A stretch of 64,000 nt of DNA from Gammaproteobacteria bacterium. GTDB lineage: Bacteria > Pseudomonadota > Gammaproteobacteria > Eutrophobiales > Eutrophobiaceae. Below are positions 59,526 to 64,000 of this stretch, piece after piece. Position 1 is the stretch's first letter, and every line of letters starts with the position of its first letter. The DNA is taken from assembly GCA_965116495.1 (NCBI GenBank), contig OZ220696.1, positions 3,040,001 to 3,104,000 of the forward strand. The letters are read 5' to 3'. Position numbers and translations under genes: made by a program. A model generated the notes under the pieces. The model was not told the DNA's origin. It did not search any database and saw nothing but the letters and a program-made list of their open reading frames with translations.

Positions 59526-59705
59526 TCAATGTCCATTATGGGGAGATTTCAAAGCCGATTGTGACAGTTCCAACTTTGAGCGAATGGCTTTTGATTCTGA
59601 CGATGCAGAAAGCCTGGTCGTCTTTAGTTTTATCCTGCCATTCTTGAATTCCTGAACTTCTTTAAGGCCGTCGAGCAATTCTGCCCCGATATCACGCTTA
59701 TTCAT
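59526..59705 (-). pseudogene. Truncated HigA-like HTH antitoxin
   Basis: KRDIGAELLDGLKEV...KAIRSKLELSQ ends before the HTH is complete. Confidence 0.7.
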
Positions 59706-59713
59706 GTTCAAAT

Positions 59714-60004
59714 TTACCCATGCAACGCTCGAACGGCATGCTCCGGGTCTACGTCGAGAATTCTCAATAGGGCCCTAGCCGGTCCAGTCGGATTCCGGCG
59801 CCCTTGTTCCCAGTTTTCCAGCGTCCGCTTGCTGACACCGATTAACATGGCAAATTGGTTCTGGCTCAGTCCGATTTTTTCCCGGATTATCCTGGCCTCC
59901 GGTTCCGGCAACTTTGTGACCCTGGCAGCCGCTTTTTTTCCCTGGACAATATCGTCCATTTCCTGAACGCTGGCCAACAATTCATTAAACAGTTCATTTT
60001 TCAT
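59714..60004 (-). CDS. higA: HigA (HTH-XRE) antitoxin
   Basis: MKNELFNELLASV...IREKIGLSQNQFA...TLENWEQGRRNPTGPA. Confidence 0.9.
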   Translation of the reverse strand: MKNELFNELLASVQEMDDIVQGKKAAARVTKLPEPEARIIREKIGLSQNQFAMLIGVSKRTLENWEQGRRNPTGPARALLRILDVDPEHAVRALHG

Positions 60005-60317
60005 CTGTCCACCTCTCAACGATTGATTTCAGTTCTTTTACTTGTTCAGACGTTAGATCTTCCTGTTTAGTCTTTTGGTAAATGTACAGCATGTATATCT
60101 GCTCATTTTTCGTCATCCAGTAGTAAATCACCCTGACGCCGCCGCTCTTTCCACGGCCCTCCTGCCTCCAGCGGACTTTTCTCAGTCCTCCAGCGCCTTG
60201 AATAAGGTCGCCCATGCCCGGGCGATTGATTAAGGCTTCTTGAAGTTCCCTGTATTCATCATCGCCCATCAATTCTTTGATACGTCGTGAAAAGATACGG
60301 GTTTCTATGATTACCAT
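59994..60317 (-). CDS. higB: HigB (RelE/ParE superfamily) toxin
   Basis: IETRIF, GDLIQGAGGLRKVRW, GKSGGVRVIYY; toxin-first gene order. Confidence 0.92.
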   Translation of the reverse strand: MVIIETRIFSRRIKELMGDDEYRELQEALINRPGMGDLIQGAGGLRKVRWRQEGRGKSGGVRVIYYWMTKNEQIYMLYIYQKTKQEDLTSEQVKELKSIVERWTDEK

Positions 60318-60327
60318 GATTGCCAAT

Positions 60328-60346
60328 TATACGTCAAAGGCGTATA
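60328..60346 (-). promoter_or_regulatory. Probable HigA operator
   Basis: TATACG-N7-CGTATA inverted repeat directly upstream of higB. Confidence 0.65.
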
Positions 60347-60605
60347 TTGTCCAAGTTGCTTCCTGATGGTCAAGACATAATTGTTATGTGTGTCCAATCA
60401 AAATCAACGGTAGATAGATAGCCTCTAGACTAGCTGGCAAGGCGGAAGTCGCCAGGTGACGGGCAGACCGGAATTTCTTGATTGCTTTGGTGATAAATAT
60501 TATCTGTTCGTGGCACTGGACTCCATCGATCCGGTTCAGTTCCAGGAAGTTTGAAACAGGGAGGCTTATAATATTTCCCAGATAAGGTCAGATTAGTATT
60601 CAATT

Positions 60606-60860
60606 ATGAAAAATATCACGACAGACAACATCTTTGAGGATATCGGTGTCGATAAACAGGAAGCCGCGAACATGAAAGTCCGTGCGGAATTACTGCTGGA
60701 AATCCGGGAATACATCCGTAAGAAAGGCCTCAAAAAGAAGGATGCCGCTGCTTTGCTGGGTATCAACCAGTCATATTTCTCCTTCCGGCACCAATCTTCT
60801 TCCATAAATATTCATCACAAAACAGAGACGGAAAAATTGGTTCTCAAATTTAAAATGTGA
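60606..60860 (+). pseudogene. XRE/HTH_37-type regulator or antitoxin, degenerate
   Basis: NIFEDIG...EAANMKVRAELL...AAALLGINQS, after which similarity is lost. Confidence 0.65.
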
Positions 60861-60864
60861 TCCT

Positions 60865-61162
60865 CTAGTCCAGGGTACTTCCATATACCTGTTTAACGGG
60901 TATCGTATCCAAGTTAACCTCATCCAGACATCGAACATTCACTGTCCATATTTCAGGGTTGTCCCGTGGATGGCGAAAGGGCAAAAGGCCGCATACGGGG
61001 CAAACGTAATCGGTTGCCCTCATTGTGTGCCATTTATATTGAATTAATTCATCCAGGGGCGTGAATATCCGGATATCCTTTTCCTCAACCCGGTGGTTCA
61101 GTGCACCACGTTTTGTACAGACCGTACAGTCACAGACCCTGACGTGGTCAAGCTCCACACAT
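60865..61162 (-). pseudogene. GFA/CENP-V family protein lacking its N-terminus
   Basis: CDCTVC, CPVCG and VNVRCL are present; the first CxCG motif is missing where the palindromic element begins. Confidence 0.75.
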
Positions 61163-61249
61163 ACGGGGTCAGGTCGCACAATGCACACATGAAAGTACGG
61201 CCACAATAACCACACTGAAGTGTTTGTGCACTGTGCGACCTGGCCCCGT
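61163..61249. repeat. Palindromic element family 2, copy A (87 bp)
   Basis: ACGGGGTCAGGTCGCACAATGCACA ... TGTGCACTGTGCGACCTGGCCCCGT. Confidence 0.9.
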
Positions 61250-61281
61250 GCATCATCCCTCACTTTTCACTACACACAGAC

Positions 61282-62053
61282 ATGCCAGATACTGCCTTCG
61301 ACATTGACTCTCTAGCCAGCGCCCTTCGATTCCAGTCGCTGTTAAACGACTACCACGCCTACATTCACGGCTCGCGTGGCAGGGCGACGGACGCAATTCC
61401 CGCGGGCCTATTCGGGACTGTGTACCAGCTGGCGCGCGCGAGTCGCATAGATGGGCGAATGCTCTGGGCCGTCATCGATTTCGAACTCACCTACCTGTCA
61501 ATGATGCGCGACGTTCACGGTGCATTGAATGTCTGGGTGGGACGTTTCAATCCCGAGAAATCCATGCAGGCCTCGGTTCTCGACGACGTCAGTGCTTTCG
61601 CCGGAAAACTCGACATTCTCTACAATATGACATCCTTTACCCTCCGCTGCCGAGCGTTCTGGGACAAGGCCTTCGAGCCGGAAACGATACTTTCGCAAAT
61701 ATGCCGCCAACTGGCCTCTGCTCTCCACACACCTCCTCCAAGCGCTGGACTCCGTCGATGTGGACGATCTGGCCGACCAGCCGGGATTGCCCGACCTCGC
61801 CATTACGCCACCATCGCGCCCGACCGCTGATTCCATTCCACCGTTCCACGAACACTTAGTGCAGATAATCGACACACTCGACACTGTACGAACCTCGGAA
61901 GCTCATGGTACCGGTATGCTACGCAAGTCGTCCCTCTCCATGTTCCCGCTTCACGAGTCCAAGGACGCATGGTTGATTAACCACTGGAACATAGCCAACG
62001 GTTTCACTCACAGGCTACGCCGCACGTTGCTCGACCTTGATGATCAGACATGA
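61282..62053 (+). pseudogene. Frameshifted protein with a HEPN-like RxxxxH motif
   Basis: Frame 1 runs to RAFWDK; a second frame continues SSRKRYFRK...LDTVRTSEAHGTG. Shift at about 61670. Confidence 0.55.
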
Positions 62054-62150
62054 ATTCGAATCGCTGGGGGATGCACGTAGGAAGAGCGAAGCTTGGCGGA
62101 TCTACTATAATGACCATCGTCCGCACATATCTCTGGGCCAACATACGCAC
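62043..62150 (+). mobile_element. IS3-family transposase C-terminal remnant
   Basis: RHEFESLGDARRKSEAWRIYYNDHRPHISLG matches the integrase-core tail YN..RPH.SLG. Confidence 0.8.
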
Positions 62151-62154
62151 GCAT

Positions 62155-62241
62155 ACAGTGTCAGGTCGCACGATGCACAAACACTTCAGTGTGGTTATCG
62201 TGGCGGCACCTTCACATGTGCATTGTGCGACCTGACACCGT
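62155..62241. repeat. Palindromic element family 2, copy B (87 bp), inverted relative to copy A
   Basis: Its reverse complement aligns to copy A without gaps, about 12 mismatches by hand count. Confidence 0.9.
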
Positions 62242-62283
62242 GCATGACCCCTTGGCGGCAAATTAATTAGGGAGAAAAGAACA

Positions 62284-62655
62284 GTGAAGAAACGCGTATT
62301 TGTAAGTTTTGATTTTGATAACGACAGGCGGTTGAAAGACTTCATGATTGGTCAGTCTAACCTTCCAGACTCGCCATTCGAGGTCATAGACCACTCATTG
62401 AAGGAGGCTGCACCTGAGAGAGACTGGGAGGCAAAAGCCAATTCGGCGATAAAGCGGTCAGACATCGTAATTGTAATGGTGGGCCCTAAAACGCATATCG
62501 CGCATGGGGTTCTAAAAGAAGTCCAGTTGGCACGAAACGCCAACAAGCATATCGTGCAGATTATCGGTTATAAGAATGGAGATTATACGGCGGTACCAGG
62601 TGCAGGGCGACTTTATCGCTGGAATTGGGAAAACCTAAAAAGTCTACTGAATTAA
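62284..62655 (+). CDS. thsB: Thoeris ThsB-like TIR-domain protein
   Basis: KRVFVSFDFDND, IDHSLKE, IKRSDIVIVMVG, VLKEV (catalytic Glu); lies just upstream of a ThsA-like gene. Confidence 0.85.
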   Translation: MKKRVFVSFDFDNDRRLKDFMIGQSNLPDSPFEVIDHSLKEAAPERDWEAKANSAIKRSDIVIVMVGPKTHIAHGVLKEVQLARNANKHIVQIIGYKNGDYTAVPGAGRLYRWNWENLKSLLN

Positions 62656-62671
62656 CGAGCGAAACGAAGAT

Positions 62672-63090
62672 ATGTCTGCCACTACCGCTGAGAAAGTAAG
62701 ATTCGTTCGGGATTTGACGAAGGAGCTAAGAGAAGAGAACTTGGCCATATTCGCCGGCGCTGGTCTCTCCGTGCCCGCTGGCTTCGTGAACTGGGGCGAG
62801 TTGCTAAAACCTATTGCTGAAGATCTTGAGTTGGATATCGAGCGGGAAACAGCAGACCTGATTTCTCTTGCGCAGTATCATTGCAATGTGAATGGCGGAA
62901 ATCGCAGCAAGCTGAATCAACTACTGATCGATCAATTCTGTAAGGATGCTAAATTAACTGATAATCACAAGATATTGGCGCGGTTGCCAATCAATACGTA
63001 TTGGACAACGAACTACGACAGTCTAATTGAAACTGTCCTATCTGATGCCGGGAAGGTGCCCGACGTAAAGTATTCAAATAACCAGTTAGC
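62672..63090 (+). pseudogene. thsA: Thoeris ThsA (SIR2 NADase) 5' part, interrupted by an IS
   Basis: AIFAGAGLS, DLISLAQYHCN..GGNR, NHKILARLPINTYWTTNYD, DVKY..QLA follow the type I ThsA N-terminus as I recall it. Similarity stops at ~63090, before KMHG and the SLOG domain. Confidence 0.88.
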
Positions 63091-64000
63091 CCAAGTTTAC
63101 CAAGATTCACTGGCATTTAGTTGGATGTTGCTATTTTCTGCCGGGTTCGTCATCGTAACGCATTGATTTTTGGTGAGTGACGGGTTGTCTGGCCATTGTA
63201 GTGCCATAATATGAATATTTATATTGACATCGGTGTGGTAGAGCGGTATCCTCTCCCCCTATGTTCATCCGCCGTACCCTCACCCGCCGTACCGACGGCC
63301 AGGCCTATTACTCCCACCGCCTGGTGCACAGTGAGCGCGCGGGCACCAAGGTGCGCCAACGCACCCTGCTGAACCTCGGCAGCGAGTTTGCTATCGACAA
63401 ACAACACTGGCCGACCCTGTGCCAACGTATTGAGGCGTTGCGCCAGGGCCAGACGTCGCTGCTGGCGAGCCTGCCCGCCGGCGTGGAGAGTGCGGCACAA
63501 CAGATTAGCGCCCAACTGCTGGCCCGGTCTCGACCGGACGAGACGGGAACGGCGCCGGCGTGGATGGCAGTCGATCTGGACTCGCTGGCCTTGACCCGCC
63601 CGCGCAGCGTGGGCGTGGAGCAGGTGGGGTTGTGGGCCCTGGCACAGGTGGGGCTGGACGAGTTACTCGCGGCACAGGGCGTCAATGCATCCCTGCGCGC
63701 CGCCACCATCGGCTCCATCGTGGGCCGGCTGGCGTGCCCGGCCTCGGAGCGGGCCACCCATGCCTGGTTATGCGAGCGCAGTGCCCTGGGCGAGTTGCTG
63801 GACGTGAACTTCGAACGCATGGGCGCCATGCAGTTGTACCGGGCTTCCGATGCGCTGCTCAAACACCGTGCGGTCATTGAGACACACCTGTTCGCGCAGG
63901 CCATGGACTTGTTTGACCTGGCGCCGACGGTCACCCTGTATGACCTGACCAACACCTACTACGAGGGCGAGGCCCACGGGCAGCCGCTGGCGCAGCGCGG
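63091..64000 (+). mobile_element. IS1634-family insertion sequence (left part)
   Basis: Abrupt junction inside thsA, a jump in GC within the transposase, and a transposase ORF from 63261. The left end is approximate. Confidence 0.85.
63261..64000 (+). CDS. IS1634-family DDE transposase, runs off the window
   Basis: MFIRRT...YSHRLVHSER...KVRQRTLLNLG...PASERAT...LYRASD...LYDLTNTYYEG. Absent from the ORF track because it has no stop in the window. Confidence 0.9.
   Translation, partial: MFIRRTLTRRTDGQAYYSHRLVHSERAGTKVRQRTLLNLGSEFAIDKQHWPTLCQRIEALRQGQTSLLASLPAGVESAAQQISAQLLARSRPDETGTAPAWMAVDLDSLALTRPRSVGVEQVGLWALAQVGLDELLAAQGVNASLRAATIGSIVGRLACPASERATHAWLCERSALGELLDVNFERMGAMQLYRASDALLKHRAVIETHLFAQAMDLFDLAPTVTLYDLTNTYYEGEAHGQPLAQR

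Noticed and set aside
60372-60392. Possible integron attC (ACATAATTGTTATGT)
   Set aside because: Only a short GTTRRRY-like core with no paired RYYYAAC box structure and no integrase.
63308-63955. 215-aa minus-strand ORF
   Set aside because: Antisense shadow of the IS1634 transposase.

Overview
Chromosomal window from a Gammaproteobacterium, judged from gene order. A higher-GC housekeeping core (~8.0-56.2 kb) carries queG, perM, bcp, gcvR, dapA-bamC, ndk-rlmN-rodZ-hisS-yfgM-bamB-der, an IscR-headed SUF operon, cysE, pepA-holC-valS, lptFG, tRNA-Glu(CUC), pcnB-folK-dNK-panBC, regBA, and an acetylene-hydratase-like molybdopterin enzyme. Two decaying accessory regions flank it. The left one (1-8.0 kb, AT-richer) holds Sel1 and Asp-box repeat proteins, a nuclease-like gene split by an amber stop, an antitoxin-PIN-antitoxin triplet, HNH and restriction remnants and an orphan DNA methyltransferase. 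The right one (56.3-64 kb) holds IS5/IS3 fragments, a Pho-box-led plcP-agt lipid remodelling pair, higBA, a HEPN-motif pseudogene bracketed by two inverted 87-bp palindromic elements, and a type I Thoeris thsB-thsA locus whose thsA is interrupted by an IS1634-family element running off the window. At least five families of miniature palindromic or tandem repeats sit between genes. The best candidates for something undescribed are the palindrome-bracketed HEPN cassette beside Thoeris, an orphan Hsp90/MORC-like GHKL ATPase with an inserted Ig-like domain, a RegBA-box-linked His/Met-rich outer-membrane protein, and the acetylene-hydratase-like enzyme lacking the catalytic Asp. All calls come from motif reading only; no database searches were run.
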